A DNA stretch of 59,705 bases from assembly GCA_050014495.1 (NCBI GenBank), contig JBEKDF010000017.1, positions 1-59,705 of the forward strand, in the 5' to 3' direction. The number at the start of each line of letters is the position of its first letter. Positions within the stretch are counted from its first letter, which is position 1. Of the stretch, positions 9,286 through 18,826 are shown in pieces. A program made the translations under genes and the position numbers. The notes under the pieces were generated by a model, which was not told the DNA's origin, did not search any database, and was given only the letters and a program-made list of their open reading frames with translations. The stretch is from Candidatus Bathyarchaeia archaeon. GTDB taxonomy: Archaea > Thermoproteota > Bathyarchaeia > TCS64.

Positions 9286-11232
9286 TTGGCTAAAAGGAGA
9301 CCAGTTGAGATTAAGGACCTCTTCGGCGTGGTGGCGGTGAGCGACCCCCAGATAAGCCCAGACGGGGGAAGGGTCGCCTTCGTCCGCACCACGATGGACT
9401 ATGAGAAGGACGAGTACCTGAGCGACATATGGTTAGCCGATGATGGTGAAATAAGGCAGTTCACATCGGGGAGGGCTAAGGACAAAGAGCCACGCTGGTC
9501 GCCAGATGGAAGGAAACTACTATTTACTTCGATGCCTCCCGCTAAGGAAGAGGAGAAGAAGAAGCGGCAGCTCTACGTCATCGTGGCCGACGGTGGTGAG
9601 GCGCGGAAGCTGACGGACCTGAAGATGGGGGTAGAGTCACCGAGATGGTCCCCCGATGGGAAGCGTATACTCTTCATCTCACCGACTCAGCCAGAGGAGC
9701 CCAAGGAGGACGTGAAGCGCATCACGAGGCTCAGCTACAGGTTCAACGCCCGCGGCTACTATCCCGGCGTCTACAAGCACGTCTTCTCGGTTCCCTCGAG
9801 GGGAGGAAAGCCGAGGCAGGAGACAAAGGGTGAGTTCGATGTTGACTCAGCCGAGTGGCTCGGACAATCAATTATCTTTGTGAGCAACACTGAGCCGGAC
9901 ACCGACAGGGATGGATACAACCACATCTATAGACTCGACTCGGGGAGTGAGCCTCGCCGCCTCACCGATGGAACGTGGGAGATAACATCAATCACGGCCT
10001 CACCCGACGGGGGCAAGATCGCTTTTGCTGGCCACGACTATCGCAGGGAAGGGGCAACCAAGTCGGATGTGTGGGCCATGCCGGCGGATGGGGGTGTCCC
10101 CGATAAGCTCACTGGCTGCCTCGATGAGGGCCTCGGCGTAGGTCTAAGCTGCGACATCCGCGTCTCCTCACCGGATCCAACACCTCTCTGGCACAGGGAT
10201 GGCCACATCTACTTCACAACCAACTTCGGTGGCTCGAGCTACCTGAACAGGGTCAGGGCCACAGGTAGTAAGATGGAGCGCCTCCTCGGTGGCGTAGATA
10301 AGAGCGTCGAGGCGTGGAGCGTCAGCGAGATGGGTAATATCGCCTATACTACTCTCGGTGTCACTAGTCCGCCAGAGTTATGGCTTAGGACCAAGGGTAA
10401 GGAAACCCAGCTAACTAACATCAATAAAAGGTGGAGAGGGAGCCTCGACCTCCACCCACACGAGCGTTTCGAGTTCGTGTCCAGCGGAGGCCATAACGTG
10501 GAGGGATGGATCATGAAGCCCACGGGTTACCGCAAGGATCAGAGGTACCCCATGGCAGTGGAGATACACGGCGGCCCCCGCGGCGTGTTTGGGAACGCCC
10601 TGATGCATGAGCACCAGCTCCTCGCCGGCAGGGGCTACGCCGTCATGTACGTTAACCCATGGGGGAGCGGTGGGTACACCGAGGACTATCAGGCTGGCCT
10701 CCCCGGCCATTATGGTGAGCAGGACTATGCCGATATCATGGAAGCCGTCGATTACTGCCTGAGGACCTATCAGTGGGTTGACCCTAATCGCCTCGCCTGC
10801 CTCGGGGGGAGCTACGGAGGCTACATGACTAACTGGATCATCACCCACACTGACCGCTTCAGGGCCGCTGTCACGATGAGGAGCATCAGTAACTGGGTCA
10901 GCTTCTTCGGCACATCCGACATTGGCTGGACCTTCGGGAGGAGGGAGATGCTCGGCCTGCCCTGGGAGGATGAGGAGGCCTTCATGTCGAAGAGCCCGAT
11001 AAGGTATGTGAGGAATGTGAAGACGCCGACCCTCATCATCCACAGTGAGGAGGATTATCGCTGCCCGATTGAGCAGGGTGAGCAGTTATTCACGGCTTTG
11101 AAGTACCTGGGGGTGCCAACGGAGATGATTAGGTTCCCCGGTGAAAACCACGAGCTTAGTAGGAGCGGTAAACCGAAGCACAGAGAGATGCGCCTCGAAC
11201 ACATTCTGCGTTGGTTCGAGAAGTATCTCTAG
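9286..11232 (+). CDS. S9 family peptidase (acylaminoacyl/dipeptidyl aminopeptidase)
   Basis: SPDG beta-propeller repeats, IHGGP, GGSYGG nucleophile, EDYRCP, GENHEL. Confidence 0.95.
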   Translation: MAKRRPVEIKDLFGVVAVSDPQISPDGGRVAFVRTTMDYEKDEYLSDIWLADDGEIRQFTSGRAKDKEPRWSPDGRKLLFTSMPPAKEEEKKKRQLYVIVADGGEARKLTDLKMGVESPRWSPDGKRILFISPTQPEEPKEDVKRITRLSYRFNARGYYPGVYKHVFSVPSRGGKPRQETKGEFDVDSAEWLGQSIIFVSNTEPDTDRDGYNHIYRLDSGSEPRRLTDGTWEITSITASPDGGKIAFAGHDYRREGATKSDVWAMPADGGVPDKLTGCLDEGLGVGLSCDIRVSSPDPTPLWHRDGHIYFTTNFGGSSYLNRVRATGSKMERLLGGVDKSVEAWSVSEMGNIAYTTLGVTSPPELWLRTKGKETQLTNINKRWRGSLDLHPHERFEFVSSGGHNVEGWIMKPTGYRKDQRYPMAVEIHGGPRGVFGNALMHEHQLLAGRGYAVMYVNPWGSGGYTEDYQAGLPGHYGEQDYADIMEAVDYCLRTYQWVDPNRLACLGGSYGGYMTNWIITHTDRFRAAVTMRSISNWVSFFGTSDIGWTFGRREMLGLPWEDEEAFMSKSPIRYVRNVKTPTLIIHSEEDYRCPIEQGEQLFTALKYLGVPTEMIRFPGENHELSRSGKPKHREMRLEHILRWFEKYL

Positions 11233-11298
11233 AACTCCATATGAGAAAGCTGAAAATGCGCATGCATTCGCGAGGACATGAATCTTCCTTCTCGTGTG

Positions 11299-12789
11299 CT
11301 ATAGGCGGAAAGTTAGGGCTGCGGCGGAGAGGGGTGGAAGCTCGAGTGTAAACTCACCTCCAGCAAGTTTTCTGGAGTCCGATTCACTGAGGGGGATCGA
11401 TTTCACGAGATTGGGTTGTTCAAACGTGTTAGCAGCTTTGGCATTTGGACCGGTTAGGAGTTCTCCGCTTTCAAGAGCTACAATGTCTCTGTCTACTAAC
11501 CGTAGCTGTACGGTTGTCGGCTTCTCGGTGTGGCGATTGGTCGAGAAGAAGTGTAACCTATCGGTGTCGAGGATGGCGCTTGTGTCGATGAGACATGCGG
11601 GACCATTTGTCTTTCCCTCGTAGGTTGGGCCCTCGATGATTGGTCTCAGCGAGGTGCCGTGTCGGCGCTTGGAGAACATCTCAAATGCGTAGAAGATGGA
11701 TTGGAGGAGAATCTCGTCTCCACGTGTCAGGATTGGGGCTATGACGTTTACGATCTGGGCGATGTTAGCCAGCTTCACAACGTCGGCGTGTCGGATGAAG
11801 CTGTTTATGAAACCTGTCACGACGAGGGCGTCTTCGAGGTTGTATATCTCCTCGACGAGGTGTGGGGCGCGTTGCCATCCGCCGTCCATCTGCCTGTTCT
11901 TGTACCAGACGTTCCACTCGTCGAAGCAGAGGTAGGTGCGAATCACGCTGCGACTCTTCGCTTGAACAAATCGGCAGCACGCGTCTATAACCTCAATCTG
12001 GCGGTCGATAGAGTTTGTTATTGCTAGGTAGTCGGGTGTATCGTTGTTGAGGTTGCCAACGTATCGGTGCAGGCTTATGTAGTCAGCTGCCTCGCCCACG
12101 CCCTCCAGCACTTGCCTATCCCAGTCAGCATAGGTTGCCATCGCGGGGCTGCTGGAGCCGCAGGCCACGAGCTCGATTCCCGGGTCCACGGTCTTCATCA
12201 GCTTAGCGGCCTGCCTGGCCCGTAGAGCGTACTGCTCCGCGGGGAGGTTCCCGATCTGCCATGGACCATCCATCTCGTTACCTAGACACCACAGCTTGAC
12301 GTCGTGAGGCTCGGTGGAGTTTCGTGCTCGAAGATCTGCATCTCTAGTACCGGGGAGGGAGTTGCAGTACTCTACCCAGCTCCGGGCTTCCTCAGGTGAC
12401 CCGGATCCGAGGTTTACGGTGATCATGGGCTTCCAGCCCATCTTTCGGCAGAGCTTGATGTACTCGTCGGTTCCGAATTGGTTGGGCTCGATGCTCTTCC
12501 AAGCGAGTTCCTGGAGCTTGGGACGAAGATGAGTGGGTCCGATGCCGTCTCTCCAGTGGTAGCCTGAGGCGAAGTTGCCACCTGGGTATCGCATGACTGT
12601 CATATTCAGTCTACGAAGTGCTTCAAGCACGTCTTTGCGGAATTCATCCTTATCGGCGTGAATACTAGCTGGATCATAGACTCCTTGGTAGACGGCTCTC
12701 CCTATATGCTCTAGGAAGCCACCGAATATTCTTGGATCCACGTCACCCACTATGTTTTTTGAGTGTAGGGTTACCTTCACCGATTGCAT
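11299..12789 (-). CDS. abfA: Alpha-L-arabinofuranosidase, GH51
   Basis: FLEHIGR, RYPGGNF, WCLGNEMDGPWQ, FDEWNVWY, AQIVNVI motifs. Confidence 0.95.
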   Translation of the reverse strand: MQSVKVTLHSKNIVGDVDPRIFGGFLEHIGRAVYQGVYDPASIHADKDEFRKDVLEALRRLNMTVMRYPGGNFASGYHWRDGIGPTHLRPKLQELAWKSIEPNQFGTDEYIKLCRKMGWKPMITVNLGSGSPEEARSWVEYCNSLPGTRDADLRARNSTEPHDVKLWCLGNEMDGPWQIGNLPAEQYALRARQAAKLMKTVDPGIELVACGSSSPAMATYADWDRQVLEGVGEAADYISLHRYVGNLNNDTPDYLAITNSIDRQIEVIDACCRFVQAKSRSVIRTYLCFDEWNVWYKNRQMDGGWQRAPHLVEEIYNLEDALVVTGFINSFIRHADVVKLANIAQIVNVIAPILTRGDEILLQSIFYAFEMFSKRRHGTSLRPIIEGPTYEGKTNGPACLIDTSAILDTDRLHFFSTNRHTEKPTTVQLRLVDRDIVALESGELLTGPNAKAANTFEQPNLVKSIPLSESDSRKLAGGEFTLELPPLSAAALTFRL

Positions 12790-12860
12790 GATTTAAAAAA
12801 TGGTTATGATAGGTTAATTAAATGCTCAGCTCGAGTGCGATGGGCTAATGTATTGAATCG

Positions 12861-13784
12861 TCATTTTTTAAGGAAGGATTCAAGCCCCACTTGGCTTCTC
12901 GCCCCGCCGGAATTGAACTCAATGCTCCTCCCGAGAAGCGCTGACAGACCCAACACAAACAAGACCTCGCCGCCCTTTAAGAGGAGAACCTGACCCTTGA
13001 CCCCGATTACTTCCCCCACGACGGTGAGGCCATCATCCACCTTGAGGAGAATTGGCTTCTGCTTAACGGTCGGCATGTTGTAGTGCGGAGCTAAAACCCA
13101 GGGATCCTCATCGAAGCGTTGACTAGAGGAGAAGATCTCATGCACTCTCTCCCGATTCTCCACGAGGAGCTTCAGAGCCTGCTTCATATTATCCTCTCCG
13201 CCGAAGGCAGAGGCTTTGACACTCACACGAACCGACCCAGGCACACCTAGCCTTGTACTTATTATGTGCTCGAAGCGCCTGACCTCGGAACCATTTCCCG
13301 TGAGGACTCGGAGGGCAGCGTCGGCTCCTTGCTCGACCCAACGCGTCACGAATCGATTCTCTCGGGTGACCCCCACCTTAAGTCTGCCCCCGAATGCGGC
13401 GAGGTATACAAACGCTCGCGAGCCGAGGCACGCCTCCTGGACTTGATTGTCCGCGGTACAGGCTTCGCCTCTGCAGCGTATACAAGGTGTGGCGGAGTCT
13501 CTGGCCTGGCATGAGGGACACTGGGGTCCACCGCGTGCCAGGGATGATGTGGGACACGGCGTGAGGAGACCCCACCCACCTGGGCCGACTCTACCCCCAT
13601 GCTGGTGGTAACCGATGCAGCGGCGACCCGGTTGGATCCTGAAGTTGAGCGTTGAACCGGGCGTGAGGGGGAGGCTCGTGTAGCCGTGGTCGTGTAGCAT
13701 GAGGTTACAAGTGTAGAGCCCTTTATCCTCCCTCCACTCGACGGCGGATACGAGGCGCGGACTCATGGTATTGATGTTGCTCAC
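12861..13784 (-). CDS. DUF2797-like Cys-rich protein
   Basis: RRCIG, QCPSC, PCIRCRG, VYLA...KVGVTR...RWVEQGA pattern. Confidence 0.8.
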   Translation of the reverse strand: MSNINTMSPRLVSAVEWREDKGLYTCNLMLHDHGYTSLPLTPGSTLNFRIQPGRRCIGYHQHGGRVGPGGWGLLTPCPTSSLARGGPQCPSCQARDSATPCIRCRGEACTADNQVQEACLGSRAFVYLAAFGGRLKVGVTRENRFVTRWVEQGADAALRVLTGNGSEVRRFEHIISTRLGVPGSVRVSVKASAFGGEDNMKQALKLLVENRERVHEIFSSSQRFDEDPWVLAPHYNMPTVKQKPILLKVDDGLTVVGEVIGVKGQVLLLKGGEVLFVLGLSALLGRSIEFNSGGARSQVGLESFLKK

Positions 13785-14009
13785 CGGGTTTTGACCATTA
13801 TGTTCGCGCGCGATGGATTTGTTGTCGCCTTTAGTTTATGGGCTTTGGATTTGTAAATGGAGGGTTCATGTTGTCATCAATGAGGCTACGATGATGAATG
13901 TGAAGCATCTAATTAGTGATTTTCTAAACAAGCCAGCGTGTGATCATGGATTTACTATTTACGTAACCTTATTATCAAACGGTTTCTCCAGAACAAATGG
14001 GTAGTTGCC

Positions 14010-14522
14010 ATGTCTAAGGAGAAAAAGGGAGCCCTAGCCGTTAAGAAGGAAAAGAAGACCTTGCCCGCCGTTAAAGCACCTCAACCTGATGAGATTCAAG
14101 ATTTCAATAAGTTGTTAGACACATTTCGCAATGAGATCGTGTGGGATCCATTCCGGGGATTCGAGTGGCCTGTTGAGTACGATCTTCCAATCAGAATACC
14201 GTATGTTGACGTCATCGACTCCGGTAAAGAATATGTCGTGAAGGCTGAGCTTCCAGGCTTGAAGAAGGAAAACGTGGAGATTGAGATCGGGACGAATGAG
14301 CTATCACTGACCGCTAAATCCGATGGGGAGCATGAGGATAAAGGTAAAAACTATTTGCATAGGGAGAGAGCCTACTCAACGTTCCGTCGACACATTGGAT
14401 TCGCTGAGGCCGTAGATGCAGTGAAGGCATCGGCGAGCATAGCTGATGGCATCCTCGAAGTTAAACTTCCAAAACTCGAACCCGAGCCTGAGAAGAAGAA
14501 AATAAAGTTAAAACCTCAATAA
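14010..14522 (+). CDS. hsp20: Small heat shock protein, Hsp20/alpha-crystallin family
   Basis: PYVDVID...VKAELPGLKKE...RERAY...DGILEVKLPK. Confidence 0.95.
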   Translation: MSKEKKGALAVKKEKKTLPAVKAPQPDEIQDFNKLLDTFRNEIVWDPFRGFEWPVEYDLPIRIPYVDVIDSGKEYVVKAELPGLKKENVEIEIGTNELSLTAKSDGEHEDKGKNYLHRERAYSTFRRHIGFAEAVDAVKASASIADGILEVKLPKLEPEPEKKKIKLKPQ

Positions 14523-14685
14523 ACCTCTTCTTTTTTTACCATTCATGCGCGAGCAGCTGATTATACTCTCTGCGCGTGAGTTAGCTGATATAGTGCATTA
14601 ATGGATGTTATTAGCTGTTAAGAAATCGTATATTGATAGCAGGGTACAATGGAACACGCTTATACTCCAGCGGCTTTGATTGCTT

Positions 14686-14853
14686 TGCCCAGGTGGGAGC
14701 GGACGAAAGGTCCAAGCAGTGGAAGACCTGAAAGCCGCGGAACCGTGAGGAGTGGGCTGCGAAGGAGCTTGGCTGGCTTTGGCTAGTTGAGGGACCTGCA
14801 CTCCCCAGCTGATGATGCGTAAGCGGGGTCAGCGCGGTGATCTTGCCTGGGCA
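14686..14853 (+). ncRNA. Candidate structured non-coding RNA (about 170 nt), family unknown
   Basis: TATA-like CTTATA at 14659-14664; 13-bp closing stem 14686-14698/14841-14853 (3 G-U pairs); internal hairpins such as GGAC-GAAAG-GTCC; no credible ORF. Confidence 0.5.
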
Positions 14854-15047
14854 CCCTTATTCTTCGGGAAAGTTTGTTCTAAAAAAACCCAATGCTAGGT
14901 TCAATTCAGCAAGAAACTGCGCACGCAGCCGGGGACAAAGAGTAACCCACTCAAGGTCTATTCGCACGCTGGTCGCGTGCGTTTGTCTGCAATAACGATT
15001 TTAATCGATTCCCCTCGAGATAGAATGGTTCATATAATGAATCTTTT

Positions 15048-15917
15048 TCATTTGCTACTCTTCGGGAGGCCGCGGACTCTGCGCTCAGCCTCTTCATCGA
15101 GCAGTAGTCCATAGGTGCTTGGCCTTCTCCAATAGGGGTACCTTGTCTTGCACTCCTCTCGCCTCTCCTTGACCCTATCGAGGTCTATGGTCGCGACCAC
15201 AAGTCCCTCGGTGAGGTCGGGTATCCTCGCGACGTAGTTGCGGAGCCAGAAGACGCCGCTGCCTCCGAGTCTGACGGGGTCTTGGCTCATCCTGTTGGAT
15301 ACTACTACGTAGGCGTCGCTGACGCTTGATCCCGCTACACCGTAGGCGAAGACGCAGTCGTGGACGGTTGCTCCCCAGCACATCGGTGAGAAGAGTATCT
15401 CGGCGCCTTTGAGGCCCATTATCCTTGGGACCTCGAGCGCGCAGAGGTCCATGTCGATTGTGACGCCGATGACTCCGATCTCAGTGTCGAAGACTGGGTA
15501 CTCGCCTGGGCCGGGGGCTATTCCGAAGTGGACCTCGGCTTTGCCCGATGCGTTTTCCGGGTGGTCCTTACGGATCTTCGCGATTAGCTTTCCGCTGGGG
15601 GAGATTAGTCCTGAAGTGTTGTAGTATCTGCCATCCTCGCCTCTCTCGATGATGGTGCCAGGAACGATATAGATTCCAAGCTCCTTCGCCTTTTTAGCGA
15701 AGAGGTCGAATGTGGGACCGGGTACCTTCTCTGCGAGTTTGATTAGTTTCGAGTTGTCACCCATTGTGGGGTTGTCGGTCATCCAGAACTCTGCGAAGCA
15801 GATTGCCTGTGCGTCTTTTCGTGCTGCCTCTTCGCAGTACTTCAGTGCCTTCTTCCTGTTCTCTTCGGGGTCCATAGTAGTTTCGAACTGGGCGGTTGCT
15901 ACCCTGACTTCTCTCAT
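15048..15917 (-). CDS. Carbon-nitrogen hydrolase (nitrilase) family protein with atypical nucleophile motif
   Basis: FAEFW (Glu), RKDH (Lys), YNT; GVTIDMDLC in place of the usual ICYD. Confidence 0.9.
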   Translation of the reverse strand: MREVRVATAQFETTMDPEENRKKALKYCEEAARKDAQAICFAEFWMTDNPTMGDNSKLIKLAEKVPGPTFDLFAKKAKELGIYIVPGTIIERGEDGRYYNTSGLISPSGKLIAKIRKDHPENASGKAEVHFGIAPGPGEYPVFDTEIGVIGVTIDMDLCALEVPRIMGLKGAEILFSPMCWGATVHDCVFAYGVAGSSVSDAYVVVSNRMSQDPVRLGGSGVFWLRNYVARIPDLTEGLVVATIDLDRVKERREECKTRYPYWRRPSTYGLLLDEEAERRVRGLPKSSK

Positions 15918-16129
15918 TTTATCAACACCTAATTACTTTGTACACCTGTACAATTAATTACTGTGTACAGAACACTGCGCGCTAACCATTTTAGAAATAA
16001 ATAATACGTGCGGCGTGCAAAGTCATCAAAATGTTGATGTCCTGTTGAACCTTATCAGAGAAGCAAAAGAATCTCGCGTACTGTAAATATATAACTGCGT
16101 GTCTTTAGGTAAACTCTAAGTGAAAAAAG

Positions 16130-18058
16130 ATGCGCCGAGGTTTCCTGATCCTTGTACTTCTCTTGATCCCTAGCCTCACGGTTACTGGGGCGTATGCCTT
16201 TCAAAGCCCCGTCTCGGTCATCGCGTCGGTTTGGGGCACACAGCAGCTCCCAATGGTTGTTGAGCCGGGGACTAAGAGCAACCCACTCACAGTTTATGTC
16301 CAGAACTACGGGACAGCGATCGTCTACAACATGACCGTGAAGCTTACTCTCAGCTACCCCTTCTCCTCCTCGTCTAATGCGTCGAGCCTCACCAACACCG
16401 TCAGTATAATCCCAGCTGGCGTTAACGCCGCGACCACGTTCTACCTCGACATTGTGAGGGGCGCCACGAAGGGGGTCTACGTGCTTAATGTCGAACTCAC
16501 GTACAAGGCCCTAGGTTCCGACTTCGACAAGGTCTTTCCCCTCAGCCTCCCGGTGACTACCTCGGCGGGCCTCACTGTTCAGAGTTCCGTCTGGGGCTCC
16601 CCGACGACGCCTATCGCTGTGACACCGGGAACGAGGAACGCGCCGCTTATCCTCAGCTTCAAGAATGTTGGGGACAACACCGCTTACAACTCAAGTGTCA
16701 CATTGCAGCTGGCTGCGCCGTTCCGCTACGAGGCGATGGGTTCCAATGGCAGCGAAACGGCTCAGCTCGGTGTCATCCCCGCGGGTGGGGTGGCATATGC
16801 CCAGTTCACGGTGAGTGTCGACTCCGGTGTGGCGACGGGCCTCTACCCTCTAACGGCGACCCTCGTCTACAACAGCATCTCAACGAATCAAAAAGTGTAC
16901 GTCCCTGTGAGTGGTTCGGCGAGCCCCACGGTGCAGAGCGTCATCTGGGGATCCATCAATAGCCCGATGCTGATGTCACCTGGCACATCGTCGGCCACAC
17001 TCTTCCTCAACGTCAAGAACGCGGGGGACAGCCCAGCAACCAACGTGACAGCCACAATCAAGCTCACCAAGCCCTTCAGCTACGTAGCCGGTGGATCGAA
17101 CTCGGTGGAGTCGGCCAAACTGGGTGTCATCCCAGCGGGGAGCATCTCCCCAGCCCAGTTCACGGTGAACGTCGACTCCGGCATCTCCACGGGGCTCTAC
17201 CCGCTCAACGTGGACATCACATACAACAACGGTGCATCCGTAAGCCAGGTCGTTTACGTCCCCGTACTCGGGTATCCCAAGGTTGTATTGCAGAGCTACG
17301 GTTTCCAGGCTGGGAACATCTTCCCGGGGGACAACTACGTCACTCTGAGCGTCGGGCTCATAAACTCGGGTAACGCCACAGCGAGGGACGTCAGCACGGA
17401 GCTCAAGTTACCACCACAGCTCATGGCCTCCTACCCAGGGTCGACATCCATGACCCTGGGCCAACTAGCGCCTAGCGTGCCCGCCGCGGTCAAGTTCACG
17501 TTAAACGTGCCAAAGTCCACGCCCACGCCGCTGGACCTCAACTTGACGCTCAGCGTTTCCTACAATGGCATCGCCAAGACCTACTCGATACCCGTGACAG
17601 TGAGCGGCTTCGCCTCCTTCACGGAGTCCCCGACCACAGGGCCCTCGATGCAGCAGGGCGCCACGGACGTCACAATGTCACTGGTCATAGCGAACGATGG
17701 GAACTCGACGGCGAAGTCGGCGCAGGCTCAGCTCCTGCTCCCCAACGAGATATCGGGCAACACATTCACGTACCTTGGCGACATGGCGTCTAATGCCTCA
17801 AACATAGCCACCTATAGCCTCGATGTCGACAGCTATGCGGCTCCCGGCACATATTATGGCACGGTGCAGGTGACCTGGCTTCAGGATAATGCCCCAGGGC
17901 GGCAGTTCACGCAGAACGTACCAATCTCCTTCACAGTCACCAGGAGCCTCACCAATCAGATCGAGAGCGACCTCATGGCACCCATCGCAATCGTCGTCAT
18001 AATCGTGGTTGCGGCTCTCGTGGTAATTAGGATAGTACTTACAAGGCGCAAGAGATGA
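16130..18058 (+). CDS. COG1361 S-layer-like/CARDB-repeat membrane-anchored protein
   Basis: Signal peptide, three ~119-aa repeats starting at SVWG/VIWG, N.G...A motifs, C-terminal TM helix plus RRKR; overlaps the ABC ATPase start. Confidence 0.85.
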   Translation: MRRGFLILVLLLIPSLTVTGAYAFQSPVSVIASVWGTQQLPMVVEPGTKSNPLTVYVQNYGTAIVYNMTVKLTLSYPFSSSSNASSLTNTVSIIPAGVNAATTFYLDIVRGATKGVYVLNVELTYKALGSDFDKVFPLSLPVTTSAGLTVQSSVWGSPTTPIAVTPGTRNAPLILSFKNVGDNTAYNSSVTLQLAAPFRYEAMGSNGSETAQLGVIPAGGVAYAQFTVSVDSGVATGLYPLTATLVYNSISTNQKVYVPVSGSASPTVQSVIWGSINSPMLMSPGTSSATLFLNVKNAGDSPATNVTATIKLTKPFSYVAGGSNSVESAKLGVIPAGSISPAQFTVNVDSGISTGLYPLNVDITYNNGASVSQVVYVPVLGYPKVVLQSYGFQAGNIFPGDNYVTLSVGLINSGNATARDVSTELKLPPQLMASYPGSTSMTLGQLAPSVPAAVKFTLNVPKSTPTPLDLNLTLSVSYNGIAKTYSIPVTVSGFASFTESPTTGPSMQQGATDVTMSLVIANDGNSTAKSAQAQLLLPNEISGNTFTYLGDMASNASNIATYSLDVDSYAAPGTYYGTVQVTWLQDNAPGRQFTQNVPISFTVTRSLTNQIESDLMAPIAIVVIIVVAALVVIRIVLTRRKR

Positions 18059-18825
18059 GCATAAGCATTCAGATCAACGGACTCACCAAGTCCTTCAGCG
18101 GATTCCTGGCTGTCAATAAGGTCTCCCTATCGGTGAAGCGGGGGACCATATTTGGTCTACTCGGCCCCAACGGCGCGGGTAAGAGCACCCTGCTGAGGAT
18201 GCTGTGTACGCTCCTCCAGCCCACCGCGGGGAGCGCGTCAATCGAGGGCTATGACATAGTGAAGCAGACGAATGAGGTTAGGCAAGTGCTCGGCGTGGTC
18301 CAGGAGAAGCTCCTTCTCTGGCCGGCCCTGACTGCGAGGGAGAACCTCGAGCTCTTCGGCCGGCTCTATGGCATGGATGAGAAGATCTTGAAGGAGAGGG
18401 TTAGGTCTCTAATTGAGGAGGTGAAGTTGACTAGTGTTGCCGATAAGCTCGTTGCCACGTATTCGACGGGGATGAGGCAGCGCATCAACATCGTTAGGGC
18501 CCTCATCCATGAGCCGAAGGTCATCCTGCTTGATGAGCCCACGAATGGTCTGGACCCCCAGAGCGTGAGGTGGGTGAGGGACTACATAGTGGACCTGAGG
18601 AAGAGGGGCTACACGGTCGTGCTCACGACCCACGATATGAAGGAGGCGGATGAGTTGACTGAGGAGCTCGCCATCATGGACAGGGGGGAGATATTGGCGG
18701 TTGGGAGGAGCGCGGATCTGAAGGAGAAGTATGGTGTGACGGACATCGAGGAACTGTTTCTGAGCCTTACGGGGAGGGAGCTCAGGGACTCGCTCACGGG
18801 TAAGGTCAAGGGGAGGGGTTGGTGA
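18055..18825 (+). CDS. ABC transporter ATP-binding protein (DrrA-like)
   Basis: GPNGAGKS Walker A, YSTGM signature, LLDEP Walker B, TTH. Confidence 0.95.
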   Translation: MSISIQINGLTKSFSGFLAVNKVSLSVKRGTIFGLLGPNGAGKSTLLRMLCTLLQPTAGSASIEGYDIVKQTNEVRQVLGVVQEKLLLWPALTARENLELFGRLYGMDEKILKERVRSLIEEVKLTSVADKLVATYSTGMRQRINIVRALIHEPKVILLDEPTNGLDPQSVRWVRDYIVDLRKRGYTVVLTTHDMKEADELTEELAIMDRGEILAVGRSADLKEKYGVTDIEELFLSLTGRELRDSLTGKVKGRGW

Positions 18826-18826
18826 A

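Noticed and set aside
11299..12789. GH51 arabinofuranosidase in an archaeon as a novelty
   Set aside because: Carbohydrate-active enzymes of this kind are expected in heterotrophic sediment archaea, and the motifs are canonical.
14808..14830. CTGATGA as a hammerhead ribozyme core or canonical C/D box sRNA
   Set aside because: No correctly placed downstream GAAA/stem II, and no standard 5' C box / 3' D box arrangement.
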